Source: Hemiscyllium ocellatum
Taxonomy: Eukaryota
DNA length: 64,000 bases
Reading direction: 5' to 3'
Assembly: GCF_020745735.1 (NCBI RefSeq)
Contig: NC_083427.1
Span: forward strand, 1,767,438-1,831,437
Shown: piece after piece, positions 15,301-29,000 of the stretch
How positions within the stretch are numbered: the first letter of the stretch is position 1
Layout: every line of letters starts with the position of its first letter
The notes under the pieces: generated by a model
Told to the model about the DNA's origin: nothing
The model's database searches: none
What the model saw: only the letters and a program-made list of their open reading frames with translations
Made by a program: the position numbers and the translations under genes

Positions 15301-18300
15301 AAATTTCTCATCCACTTGCCTGGCTTATTTCCCAAGAAGTGGTCGACCTTTGCCTCTTCTCTGTACATCCATCTACATATTGATTAAGAAAACATTCTCC
15401 CTTGGAAAGGAAGCGTTGCTGCACCCATATCAGTGACATGAGAGGATGAATAATAATCCATACGAATCACTCCATTGATACATTTCTGTTTGAAACAGAA
15501 TCGTAGAACCATACAACATATCGATAGTCTAATCTGCCAGTTGTACATGCGTGCTGGCTACCTTGAAAGAGACATCGAATTTGTAGCACTTTAAATCGCT
15601 TTCACACTGATTATTTTATTTGCAAACTACCCATTCTCTTACTTTTTCAAGGTCAATGTGTTTTCTGTTGTCCCTTGTTTTAAAGCAAGTATTTTACATT
15701 CATGCTCAGCTATTGACAGCACTGACAGAGAAAATGCTTTATTCCCACAACAAACCTATAATCATGAATCCATCAATTAAAAATTCTCTGCAACTACAGA
15801 AATACGGCAACAGAAAGTGGAGTTGCAGGTCGATAGGATAGTGAAGAAGGTGTTTGATATGCTTGCCTTTATTGGTCACTCCATTGAGTATTGAGTTGAG
15901 AGGTCATGTTACGGCTGTACAAAACGTTGGCTAATCTAGTTCTGGAGGACTATCCACAATTCTGGTCTCCCTGCTGAAGGAAGGATGTCGTCAACCCTGA
16001 AAGATTTCACCATAGATTAACAAGGATTTTGCCATGAGTGGAGGGTTTGAGCTATCGGGAGAGTCTGAATAAACTGGTGCTATTCAAACTCAGGTTCTTA
16101 CCAGTTGGCAAGAACAACCTCCAGAGATTCCGGAGAGGTACGTCAACTTGAAAGGATCTTCTCAAGTTTGAAACCCTGTTACACTCCAACTGCTTCTGTC
16201 TGTTACTGTGAAACCGAAGTTCAAGAAGCTTGAACGTGGAGAACTGTTAACTCCCTTGCCATTGTTAAACTAAGCTTTTCCGAAACATTTTGGTACATCT
16301 GTCTTAACAAAATCTTTCAAAAGAAAACAAGGACAAAATAATCTTTTTAAACGGACATCATTGTCAAACCTCCACCTTCTCAAGCACCAACGAGGATGGG
16401 CACTAAGCACTGGATCCAGATAGCGATGCCAAATTCCCATGTAGCGAAGTGCTCCCCACCCCCCGCCCCAGTATTGTAAACACATGAGCATTGTCAAAAT
16501 CAGTAATAACATTTGAGGTAAACACTGAGTACTGCACTCTCCAACTTCTTCCTTTCCGAAAAAAAAACTAGTCCCTGCAACTACAATTTTGTTTGGAAAT
16601 TAACGCAGGCCTTTCTGCCAGTACCCCTATCCTGTGAACGATTGAAAAGAAAAGCCAGGAGCCTGCTTCCAGTGAAATCCTGCTATGAAGACAAAAGTTC
16701 AAATTTCCATGAAGGGTGCAACTTGTAGATAGGTTTTTGAGTGCAAAGAATGAGGAGCAGTCCATAAAGACAATTAATTTTCTCAGTTAAGGTTTGCAAC
16801 CTGATGCTCAACCACTGAATGACTTAACTCATTGCCTTCCCCAGTGTGCAGTGAAGGCTGGCCCATTGCATATTTTTTGCAATAAAAAGGAAATCATGAT
16901 TTGGGAGAGCAGTCTGCAATTGGAGTTAGGCTGGAATCCAATGAGCCGTCGTCTTATCACATGGCAGAACAGGTTCAAAGGAGCAAATCGCCTACTGCTG
17001 CTTCTATTTCTTAATGCCTTACTTAGGATTACACAAATCAAGTCAGTTTTATAGTAAGGTTACAGGCATGGCGGGTGAAGGTATTACGTGTACCTTCATT
17101 ATGTGTACAAGGCAAAACAGGAAGAATCACTGCCTCGGCATCTACACATATTTGAAGATCATAAAATTAAATATGCAGTTCGATATGGTTAAAAAAATCC
17201 CTTAGAACATACGAAGGAGAAGGTTTCGCTGATTAATTGGTTCGGTGTAAAGAGATGGTGGAGAAAAGATTCTTTTTCACACAGTTTCCAGGATTCTTGC
17301 TCAATTTGATATAAATGTGCTGATTTGGCTGTACCAGTAGAGGGCGCAGTTAATAGACAGGCCCAACTCTCGTCTCATTTTCTACTGTCAGCTGGATGGA
17401 ATAAAACAAGCAAGTATTATTTTCATTCATTCAAGAGACAGTGACAGTCAGTAAGTATGCAAGCATATTATTGCCCATCCGGAGCTGACATGGTGTCAAT
17501 GATATGCAGTAGTCTCTGGTCTTGCAGAGACACCCACAGTGCTATTGAGAAGGTCGGTCAAAGACTGTATCCTTCAGGAATGAGCAATACTGCTGGAGCT
17601 GCGATATAACTCCAAGTGAAGACGGTGAGGGGCTTGGAAATACATTGAATTTATGTGTGTTCCCATGCATCTGTTGCCCCATCCTTCTCGATTATAGAGG
17701 CCATTTGTAAACCATATATTGTAACATGTCTAAATGAGAACAAAGGACACAACATATTGCAGGATGGTACGGGGACTGGTTACCTCGGTTGGCTGAGTGT
17801 TTATTTTCGGATAGAGAGGACAATAGCTTTGGTTGAATCTCCTTGGGAAATTTGCATTTACTGTCAGGGAGGATGCAATCGAAAATCTGGTGGTCTGAAC
17901 CGAACAAAAAAGAGGACTGTTAGGAAAGACATTTGACGTAGAGAATTTGTACAACTAAGACACGATGTATACTATTTGAGAATGAGGGACGTGAGGTGAG
18001 GTTTATGGAAATTCTGACCACAGTGTTCCAAGTCTAATGTTTTGAAGGACCTTACAGCAGAAATGGAGGATTGTAAATGATAGCCTTTTATTTAAGATTG
18101 TGGAGGGGGCATGCAGCAAGCACACAAATGCAAGTAATATCAATTGGAAGCGTGGTCACAGGCAAAGTAAAGAACACTTTTACAGAATATGGCTAAAAAC
18201 CAACATTTGCTGTTGACTTGGTACCGACCGGGATGTGAATTTCCAATGACATTTGACATTTTGCAAGCTCTAAAACCTCGCAAAATGGGTTGGAATAGAC

Positions 18301-21300
18301 CATCGGCAGTAAACCGTATTATGGCTTCATAACTCTAGCCATAACCCGATTGCTTTATTAGTACAAGATTTATTTTGTCCTGTTAAACACACGGAGGATA
18401 CCATTCATTTAGAGGCATGCAGTCATAGAGTCATGCAACATGGAAACTGCCCCTTCAGCCCAACTGTTACATTCCATCAAGGGTTCCTAATCGGAACATT
18501 CCCAATTTCCCGCGATTTGTCCATATCTCTATAAACCTTTGCAATCTATGTACCCGTCCAAATTGCGTTTACATGTTAGAACTGTACCTGTATCTACCAC
18601 TTGCTCTGGCAGCTCATATGCATCACCCTCTGTGTGGAGAAGTTGCCCCTCAGGTCACTTTTAAATTTTTTTCCAGCCACCCTAATCTTCTGCTCTCTTG
18701 CTTTGAACTCCTGTACAGTGGGGAAAAAAAAGACCTTGGCAGTTGACCCTTGAAATGCCACTCATGGTTTTATGATATGGAGGTACTGGTGTTGGACTAT
18801 GTTGGACATCTTCAGAATTCACAAAACACAAAGTTACAGTCCAATGGGATTATTTAAAATTATAAGCTTTCAAAGTGCTGCCCTTTCATCAAATGAAGTG
18901 ATGTAGAGGTACTGCTCTGGAAGGTTGTGATGTCAAATAGATCTGTTTAACTACAACTGGAAGTCATGTGACTTTTGGCCATGACTTTATAAACATTTAT
19001 AAGTTCACCCTTCAGCCTTGTACGCTCCAGGGAATAACAGTCTGAACTTAGCGAGTGTCTCCTCTTCACTCAATCCCTCCTGCCTTGGGAACATCCTTAT
19101 AAATGTTCTTTGTCCCCTACCATTTTAATGACATCTTTCCTGTCGTCTGAACGGAATTGTACACAGTACTCCAAATGTAGCCTCAACAATTATGTTAACA
19201 TCCATAACATGAAATCCCAAACTCTTGTAATCAATTCTCTGACAGATGAAGGCAAGTGTGACAAACGGCCTTCTTCACCAACCAGTCTACCTGTGACACC
19301 ACTTTCAATGAACTGTGCATTTGCGCCCTGAGGCATGTCAACATACCTTTGGGTTCTTCCATTAAGTCCTGATCTGGTTTGTCTTAAGAAAATGCAACGC
19401 TTTGCATTTAAGTAATTTAAATTCCATCTGCCATTCTTTGCATCATTGGCCCAGTTCACCTCGTATGGAACCTTCTTGACCTTGTATTTAATTTGGAGTT
19501 GTTCACACACTCATGAACGATACCTTAGACTTTCTCAACAAAAATGTTTACTTAACTGATGAATAACAGTGAAACAAACACCAGTACTTGAGCCACGCAA
19601 CTGGTCACAACCTCCTGTCTGAACCACAACCTCTATCTCCACCCTCTGTCTATAAGCATAAAGCTAAGTTTTCCAATTGGCTAGCTCTTCCTGCATCCCA
19701 TTTGTTCTCATGGTATTATCCAGTCTGCCATGCGGAACCATGTTAAAGGCCTTGCCAATGTCCATGTGCACAATGTCTGCCATTCTGTCTTAATCTACCG
19801 TCTTGGTCACCCCTCCAATGATCTCAGTCAAATTCGCGAGACACGATCTCCCACGTGCAAAGTCATGCTGAGTGTCCCTCATTAATCCTTGCCGTTCCAA
19901 ATGCTCGTGGATCTTTTGTCTCAGAATCCCGTCTAATAAATTGTCAACCACTGACGTCAGGCTTACTGTTATATAGTTCTCAGGTTTTTCCTTACAATCT
20001 TTCTTAAATAATGACAAAACATTTGAACCCTTCAGACTTTTAGCAGTTCACCCGTGGTGTCCATGTCACAGATATTTCTGCTAGAGGCCGCAATTACATT
20101 TCTGGAGTACCACAATATACTAGGATACATCTGAGCATGGCCCAGGGATTCGTCTACTTTTATGCATTTTAAGGCCTTCAGTACCTCCTTGTCAGTGATG
20201 TGGACTCTTCTCAAGAGATGAATATTGATTTCGCTGAGTTGCTCGCGTCCATGTCTTCCTGCAGTCTGACACAAAATATTCGTTTGGGACCTTGCCTATC
20301 TCCTGTCGTTTCACACATATATGTAACCCTTGCTTTCAGGGGCCCTGTTCTCTCCCTAGTTACTTTTTCGCCCGTAATATACATGTAAAATCATTTTGGA
20401 TTCTCCTTAATCTAAACTGCCAAAACGATCTCCTATCCACTTTATGCTGTACTCGTTTTCCTCTTCAGTCTGCCCCTCTATCCCCTTTACTCTCAAAGGA
20501 TTCACTGATCTCAGATGTTCGTAACTGAACTCTTGCTTTTTCTTGACCAGAACGTTCACATCTCTCCTGAGTCAACGTTCCCTACTCCTGTCAGCTGTGC
20601 CCTTCACTCTCACAGGAACATGTTGTCTCTGAACTCTTGTTATGTCACTTGTGAACGCTTCCAATTTGTCAGATGTCCTTTTGCTTGCGAAGAGCCCCAC
20701 CCAATCAACTGTTGACAGTTTCTATGTAGTAACATCAAAATTGGCCTTACCCTGATTTAGAATTAAACTTGTGCATTAGTTGTATCAGTTTCCATTACTA
20801 TTTCAGGAGAATAGAATTATAGTCACTGGTCCAAAAGCTCTCATCCATTTGCCTGACTTATTCCCCAAGAAGTGGTCGACCTTTGCCTCTTCTCTGTACA
20901 TTCATCTACATATTGATTAAGAAAACATTCTCCCTTGGAGAGGAAGCGTTGCTGCACCCATATCAGTGACATGAGAGGATGAATAATAATCCATACGAAT
21001 CACTCCATTGATACAGTTCTGTTGGAAACAGAATCGTAGAACCATACAACATATCGATAGTCTAATCTGCCATTTGTACATGCGTGCTGGCTACCTTGAA
21101 AGACACATCGAATTTGTAGCACTTTAAATCACTTTCACACTGATTATTTTATTTGCAAACTCCCCATTCTCTTGCTTTTTCAAGGTCAATGTGTTTTCTG
21201 TTGTCCCTTGTTTTAAAGCAAGTAGTTTACATTCATGCTCAGCTATTGACAGCACTGACAGAGAAAATGCTTTATTCCCACAATAAACCGAGAATCATTA

Positions 21301-21617
21301 ATCCATCAATTAAATAGTCTCTGCAACTACAGAAATACGGCAACAGAAAGTGGAGTTGCAGGTCGGTAGGATAGTGAAGAAGATGTTTGATATGCTTGCC
21401 TTTATTGGTCACTCCATTGAGTATTGAGTTGAGAGATCATGTTACGGCTGTACAGAACATTGGCTAATCTAGTTCTGGAGGACTATCCACAATTCTGGTC
21501 TCCCTGCTGAAGGAAGGATGTCGTCAACCCTGAAAGTTTTCACCAAAGATTAACAAGGATTTTGCCATGAGTGGAAGGTTTGAGCGATCGGGACAGTCTG
21601 AATAAACTGGTGCTATT
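3386..21617. repeat. Tandem segmental array, ~5.5 kb period, 4 units (3386-5073 internally deleted; 5074-10569; 10570-16081; 16082-21617)
   Basis: The same ORF remnants recur with ends at 4174/9670/15182/20715 (offsets 5496, 5512, 5533). The identical LINE-to-unique junction GT(G/C)TATT|CAAACTCAGG occurs three times. Confidence 0.95.
7365..9790 (-). mobile_element. Degenerate CR1-clade LINE fragment inside the tandem unit (copies ~12885-15300 and ~18415-20830; partial ~3425-4290)
   Basis: AGTCATAG-type 3' tail repeat. RT remnants such as ENYITVSLTSVV...QHDFARGRSCLANL in the copy at 19790-20017. Confidence 0.75.
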
Positions 21618-22000
21618 TTCCTTGGTTCATTGGAAACTGAGGGCTGAACTTTTAGAGGTTTATAAAATCATTGGGGGCATGGACAATGTGAACACTCAAG
21701 GTATTTCCCTGAGTTAGAGGAGTCCAAAAACGGAGGGCATACTTTTAAGGTCAGAAAGATTTGAAAGGAACAAATGGGGCAACAGTTTCACTCAGACAGG
21801 TGGTGCCTATTTGGACTGAGCTCCACAGGAAGTGGTGGAGGCTGGCACAATTGCAACATTTAAAGAGCATCTGGATGGGTATATGGATAGGAACCGTTTA
21901 GAGAGATATGGGCATAAAATTGGCACATGGCACTAGATTCATTTAGGTTATCTGGTCAGCATTGCGAAGTTGGGCTGAAGGGTCTGTTCCTGTGCTGTAC
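21340..22000 (+). mobile_element. CR1-clade LINE 3' fragment, uninterrupted only here; truncated copies at ~4805-5073, ~10300-10569, ~15815-16081
   Basis: Typical CR1 ORF2 C-terminal sequence and 3' UTR (GGGCTGAAGGGTCTGTT...CTGT). Confidence 0.75.
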
Positions 22001-23439
22001 TTTCCACGACTCCAGAACTCTTGCTGTCGGATTGTTCATTGCAGTCATGAATTTTCTACCATTTTCAATATTTACAATTCTTCATAATTGTGATAATTTC
22101 AATAAAAGTGACACTATCAAGGGCACGATTTATAATTGCAAAGGCTGTGCACTGGCACAAAACAGATCTCTGACTGATTCAGTGATTTGTGAAGAATGAC
22201 CATGGCTTCATGATGTACTTTCTCAGTTCCCCTTATAACCAGGCCAACGGTTTAAGCTATAGCATTTAAAAGTCTCCTGTCCCTTTACATATTTGTTCTG
22301 AAACCTCAAAGTTCATATATTTCAAATTCCTTTGCAAATTATTCGCAAAAGAAACAAAAAAAAATGTACTTTCCTTCATGTCACAGAGCAATGTTTGTGT
22401 GTTTTCTTGTGCTTGGTCTCGATAACCACCCATGTTTTCGAATACATCAACCATGATTTTGTGCCGGACCACATTTTGACATCTGCTTTCCACTGTTCAC
22501 CTCCTTCAGCAACCTCCTCGTTTAGAATGTGAAACATGAAGCAGAATTAGACCATTCAGTCTATCGAATCTGTCCCGCTATTCAGTGAGACCATGGCAGA
22601 TCTGATAAACCTGGGTTTCAATTTCCTGACTTTTCCTTTTACCAACTGATTCCTTTACTGAATAAAAATCTCTCCGTCACTGCCTTGAATATTTTAAATA
22701 ACCCAGCATCGACCGCCCTCTATGATAAGAAATTCAACAGATTCACAATCTTTTCATAGAACAAATACCTCACCACATCTACGTTAAATAGGTGAATCCT
22801 TACACTGATTGTTTCCCACAAGGGGAAACAGTTTCTCCAAATCTCTTGCTGATTACAATTGGTATGATAAGATCGCCTTTCATTATTCTCAACTGCTTGG
22901 CTCAAACTTTTAATTATGTTTATTTAAAAAAACTTCATAATCTGTGAGTAGCCGAATGAAATTTGTCTGGTCTCCATCCAGTGTCAAAATATATTTCGAC
23001 AGATAACGGGACCAAAATTTGTTCACGGTTTTCCAGCCGTTATTTGATTATTAGCTTCTACAGTTTCAGAAGGCCTCTTTCCACAGCTCATGAGGAAGAT
23101 GACCAAATCTGAGTTAATTTGCAGGTGCCGATACTTTTAAAGTGAGACAGGTTTTGTCCCCAATTTGCATAATGTCCTACTTATGGAAAGAAGAATTGAG
23201 AAGTTAGTCATTCACCAAGCCTTACCTAAAAATAACAACGAATTAATTATTATGTATGCTGTCATCATTTCTGCTGGATTCCAGATAATGTGAGAGCGAT
23301 TGTTCTTCATACTAATATCGCAATTGATCAAATAGGAAGTCAATGATACCGATCAAAATTGGAGTCACTGAGAATCAGGTGAAAAATAGATGCTTTGCGC
23401 CATTCCCAGCAAATGGAAAATGTTTGTAGTTTTGGAGAT

Positions 23440-23830
23440 CAGTAATCTCAGCGCCAGGACATCTCGACTGAAGTTCTTCAGAATAATCTTGGCTGACCTA
23501 TCTTCATCTGTTTCATTGATAACCTCCCTATACCTTAAGATCAGGAGCAGGGATGTTCACTGATGATTGTACAACGTTCAGCACTATTCATAACTCTTGA
23601 AATACTGAAGCAGTCCATGTTTAAATGCACCACGATCTGGATCCATAGCACATTTTGGGCTGACAATTGTCAGCGTAAGTTCTTGCCACACGAATATCTG
23701 GCATTGATTGTCAGCAATAACATTACCCGGAGAAATTAAATGGTATTAACTTTACAGGATCACCCAGTGTCGACAACCTGATTGTCACCATTGACCAGAA
23801 CCTGAACTGCTCGAGTCATACAAGTAGAGT
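23440..23830 (+). mobile_element. Degenerate non-LTR retrotransposon RT fragment (second family)
   Basis: Remnants of the P-Q-G-S-x-LGP...F-x-DD-C RT motifs with stops and frameshifts. Confidence 0.5.
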
Positions 23831-23879
23831 CGCATCAAGAACTGGTCAGTGGCCAGAAGTTTGATTCACTAACTATAGG

Positions 23880-24230
23880 ATGGTGCTTTGCCTCCTTGGA
23901 AGGGAATGATATTATGATGTGGGTGCGGAATTCCTTCTTGGGAAGATGGTACTCTCAGACGTCACTGTCTGTATTGGTGCTAACAACATAGGCAAGAAGA
24001 AGACTGAAGGCCTGAAGACAGATTTCAGCGAGTCAAAAATGAAATTGAAAGACAGATTCTCAAAGGTAGTAATCTTAGGATTTCTGCCTGCCACGTATCA
24101 ATGGGTAAAAAAGCAGAAGGAGTGATTGGTTCAAAACGTTTTGAAGAGCAGGTGTAGGAAAAGGCGCTTTGGATTTCTGAGGAATTAGAATGGATTCTCC
24201 GGCAGGTTGAGTCAGTGTTATCTGAACCTG
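23880..24230 (+). mobile_element. CR1 ORF1 SGNH-esterase remnant
   Basis: VTVCIGANNIGKK...KVVILGFLP resembles the CR1 ORF1 esterase HIGTND...KVVISGLLP motif. Confidence 0.6.
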
Positions 24231-24257
24231 CTACATCTTCACTGGTCAGTCTTTTCA

Positions 24258-24452
24258 GATGCTGGAGATCAGGATCGAGAAGTGTGGTGATGGAAAAACA
24301 CAGCCAGTCCAGCAGCATCAGAAAAGCAAGAGAGTAGATTTTTCGAACATGAGCACTTAATCAGATGAAGAGCTCATGCTCAAAACGTCGACTCTCCTGT
24401 TCCTCGGATTCTGTCTGACCGGCTGCACTTTCACCGCACCACACTTTCTGAC
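24258..24452. mobile_element. Short inverted pair of Penelope-type terminal repeats (degenerate hairpin)
   Basis: AGAAGTGTGGTG...CATGAGCAC mirrors GAGCTCATG...CACCACACTTTCT. A decayed hammerhead core CAGATGA..GCTCAAAACGTCGAC is present. Confidence 0.55.
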
Positions 24453-24744
24453 GATTTCAGTTTCTGATTAATTGTAACTCACAGAGTGTTGGCAGATGGA
24501 TAATTCAGTGACTGAAAAACCATTGGGTATGAAGTGGCAATAGCTAGATGTCTTGTAATGTCGTTGTTCATTGGATGGATCTCAGAGCATTTGAAATCCA
24601 CCAAAAGTACCAGCAAATTCGGTGAAAATATCATTTGATAATTGATTCCGTGTTGAATGAGGCAGAGGTGCAATTTAGACACGAATACTTTTATACAAGT
24701 ATTTGATGCATATATATGTACATTTCTCTCTGCATGTGTGTATA

Positions 24745-26070
24745 TAGAGTCATAGAGTCATAGAGATGTACAGCATGGAAACAGATCCTTCGGTCCAACC
24801 CGTCCACGCCGACCAGATATCTCAACCCAATCTAGTCCCACCTGCCAGCAACCGGCACATATCCCTCCAAACCCTTCCTATTCATATACCCATCCAAATG
24901 CCTCTTAAATGTTGCAATTGTACCAGCCTCCAACACTTCCTCTGGAAGCTCATTCCATACACGTACCACCCTCTGCGTGAATAGCTTGCCCCTGAGGCCT
25001 CTTTTATATATTTCTCCTCACACCCTAAAGCTATTCCCTCTCGTTCTGGACTCCGCAACACGAGGGAAAAGACTTTGTCTATTTATCCTTTCCATGCCCC
25101 TCATAATTTTGTAAGCCTCTACAAGATCACCTCTCAGCCTCTGACGCTCCAGGGAAAACAGCCCCAGCCTTTTCAGCTTCTCCCTATAGCTCAGATCCTC
25201 CACCCCTGGCAACATCCTTGTAAATCTTTTCTGAACCTTGTCAAGTTTCACAAAATCTTTCCGATAGGAAGGAGACCAGAATTGCACGCAATATTCCAAC
25301 AGTGGTCTAACCAATTTCCTGTACAGACGCAACATGACCTCCCAACTCCAGTCGTCAATACTCTGACCAATAAAGGAAAGCATACCAAACGCCTTCTTCA
25401 CTATCCTCTCTACCCGTGACTCCACTTTCAAGGAGCTATGAACCTGCACTCCAAGGTCTCTTTGTTCAGCAACACTCCCTAGGACCTTACCATTAAGTGT
25501 AAAAGTCCTGCTAAGATTTGCTTTCCCAAAATGCAGAATCTCACATCAATCTGAACTAAACTCCATCTTCCACTTCTCAGCCCATTGGCCAATCTGGTCC
25601 AGATCCTGTTGCAATCTGAGGTAACCAACTTCGCAGTTCACTACACATCCAATTTTGGTGTCATCTGCAAACTTACTAACTGTACCTCTTAGACTCGCAT
25701 CCAAATCATTTATGTAAATGATAAAATGTCGAGGGCCCAGCACTGATCCTTGCGGCACTCCACTGGCCACAGACATCCAGTCTGAAAAACAACCCTCCAC
25801 CACCACCCTCTGTCTTCTACCTTTGAGCCAGTTCTCCCTGTATTCCATGAGATCTAACTTTGCTAATCAGTCTCCCACAGAGAACCTTGTCAAACGCCTT
25901 TCTGAAGTCCATATATATCACACCTACTGCTCAGCCCTCATCAATCTTCTTTGTTACTTCTTCAAAATACTCAGTCAAGTTCGTGAGACATGATATCCCA
26001 CACACAAAGCCATGTTGATTATTCCTAACCAGTCCTTCCCTTTCCAAATGCAAGTACTTCCTGTCCCTCA
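24745..26070 (-). mobile_element. CR1-clade LINE, 5'-truncated, frameshifted
   Basis: (AGTCATAG)n tail at 24745. ORFs 25546-25848 (GVPQGSVLGP...KFADDTK) and 25018-25449. Confidence 0.9.
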
Positions 26071-29000
26071 CGATTCTCCTCACTTCTGTCTCCTCCAGTT
26101 TGGTCGGTACCTTAGATCCATTGACTTATGCTGAAATAGAGACATTGAGGCCTACAAAACAGTAAAAGTCCAGTTTCCTCCAACTTGGGCTGAAGAGTGG
26201 TTTATCTATCGTTTCTCTCCCTCAACGGCTACAACATATTTTCAGCAATTAGGATTTACATATTCACACAATGCTCAAGGTGAAGTCTACCAAAGTTGCT
26301 TTACAAATAAGTCAACACTTCACTACTCCTGCATTCAAATCCTCTTGTGATGAAAACTAAACTTCTATCAACCTTTCTAATTGCTTGCTGCAAGCGGATG
26401 TTAGCCTCAGTGCATAATTGGGAAGGGCACCCAAGGCCTTTTGTTCCTCTTCTTTTACAACCTTTCAGAGTTTGACAAATATTAAGCTCATTGCTTCTTC
26501 CCATAAGAGTGGGTAATCTCTTATTTTCCCAGGATACTTTCAATCTGCTCTTCCCGATCATTGTTTTAACATGAATTACCTTAACCTCGTGGGCGATTTT
26601 ACTTCGTGCCTCCAGGAACCGGATCAAATGTTTTGTGTGCATGATTAATATTCTTTTGACCTTTTCTGAATATTTTATTTTTTATGTCTGTGAAATACTT
26701 GGTTTCATTTTCTTTGAGCTGTCAGAGAAAAAAAAATCCCCTGACATCGTCAATTTGATACATAACATTCCAGGAAAAGAAAACTTCCTTCATGTTACAG
26801 AAAGGTGTTGGTCTGATCAACCATTTTAGACCATCTGGAGATGTCAGCCGTGATATCGATACTTTGCACCCTTCGTTATTTCCTGTATGCTGTTTATCTC
26901 AGTCCACACATTCCAATTTTACATGGTTGAGCACAATCTTGACCAGAGACATTTATTTTAATCAAGAGTCTGGAACCTGCTTTACGCTGAAAGGGGCTTC
27001 GCTCGTATTTTTTAATTTTTTTTTACTTTGCGGATTTTAAACAAATAATATTCAATAAGTATAGACTCCTCAAAAGTTCAATTGCCTGATGCAGATGAGT
27101 ACTTCCATTAGTGCAGTTGGATTGTCATTCTTTGTTCAATAGTGAGGAACAGTTGTTAATCTGTCAATAAAAGTTGTATCTCTAAAGTCAGACAACTATT
27201 GAGAACCTGTATTTTATCATAGAAACCTGGTTGTTGTAAAACATCGTCAAGCTTCGAGACTGCAAAATACTGATCAATTTCTGCACGATGAGCTCGGATC
27301 AGCCACCTGTGAGTTTCCAATAAATTGTAGCATGTATTTGCATAATACAAGTTATTGTGCTGATCAATATTTCATATTTAAATTCAATGTTCTGCTGTGC
27401 CATTTATTTGCAATACTTTTAGGAATTTGTCAAGATTAATATTCATTGCCATAATTCTACTAAAGATGATGCTTGTACACTTACACAATTACTGAATGAT
27501 GTTGATTGTGTTTGAACTCCGAAACACATCACAGATCTTTTTTTTTGTTTTGAACATCTGTTTTACAGGATGGTATGGCAGAACTGGGATGCCTATCAAG
27601 CAGATTTCTAATGCATTTCCTAATTTACTCGATACAACGATTAATTGCTTTGAGAGCAAATTCTGGCTGAGACACTGAGCTGCAATCTGAATTAGTGGAG
27701 TCCTGTGTAACTTGATTTCTCAGCTCTATCTGCAACAAATAACTGTAAACCAGATTGCAATTGACTTAAAGTGAACTTAGTTGCGAGGGACATAAGACAC
27801 AACAACTTCGTGGCGTCAAGAAATATGTGAAAGTACTGGACACAGCAAAGGCTATTTTTGCTGCCAAAGTCCATGCAGTAGTTAGAAATTTAAATGCTCC
27901 ACATCTTTCCAGTACAAGCGCTTCCAGTACAACTACATTGCTGTCAACGTCCAGCATCACTGAACCCTGCCCAGGAATAAAGGGCAATAGCAAAAACAGA
28001 AAATAGCCCAGCAGTTGACTGCGGGTAGTCATTATAAACAAAAGGAGGGCAATCTCAGTGATACGGGGAATTCAGTGAGTGTAATGGTATCAAGTGGTGA
28101 TGGCAAGATTCTTTCTTGTTGCAGATGGCTACTGGCTGACCATGTGAGATGCTAATATTTGTCATTTCTGAGCCTAACCCTAGGGATTTTCCAGGTCTTC
28201 CTGCATTTGGCCACGTATGCCTTTCGTTTCTGAGGAGTTGTGAATTGTATTGAATATTGTGTCTTCTTTAGAAAAATCACACTTCTGATCTGAAGATGAT
28301 AAATGAGGCAGCTGAAGATGGTTGAATATATGACATTTCTTTGAGTATTTCCAACAGAGATGTTCTGGAGCTGAAATATCTGACATCCAATATCCACAGC
28401 GATCCCTCCTTTGCAATAGGTATGAATGGAACCAGTGGAGAGTTTTGATTCTGATCGATTTCAGTTTTGTTCGGGTTTCTTCACTCTACACACGATCAAC
28501 TGTGGCATTGATGTGAAGTATTCATTCTTCTGCTTCACCTCTGGAATTCGGCTCATTTGTCCATATTTGAAACAAGACTGCTCTAACTTCAAAATCTAGG
28601 CAGCCTTGGCAGAAGTCATACTGACTGCAAAGTCTTTGGTTCTTTTTAACTCTGCTGAAGAGCCGTACCATCACATTTCCAGTGATCAAAATTTTACTGA
28701 TTGGGTAATAATTGTTCGGAACGGATAAAGAAATAACGAGGCAATGTTCATCATTGCTGTTTAGATGGCATTATTGCAGCTTTACCAGATAAACCTGGCT
28801 CGAGGGACAACAGGTTTTGCAAAATAAACTTTGAGTACATTTTGAGGAACGTTGTAAGTTCTCATTGAATTATCTGGAGCTGTCAAATATTTGATGGTAT
28901 GATGAAGAATGAATCGAAACTGAAGACAGGCATGTTCGATTTCTGGGGCCTCTGCCAGAACAGAAATTTAAGAAGATTACAGACCACCTTCTGAAGGGCA

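Noticed and set aside
3992-20715. Recurring 60-100 aa ORFs as a tandem gene family
   Set aside because: They are antisense or off-frame readings of duplicated LINE and noncoding DNA with variable starts and stops.
27766-28041. Minus-strand ORF starting with a signal-peptide-like stretch (MTTRSQLLGYFLFLLLPFIPGQG)
   Set aside because: Weak donor, and no downstream Ig or other recognisable exon found. Likely chance.
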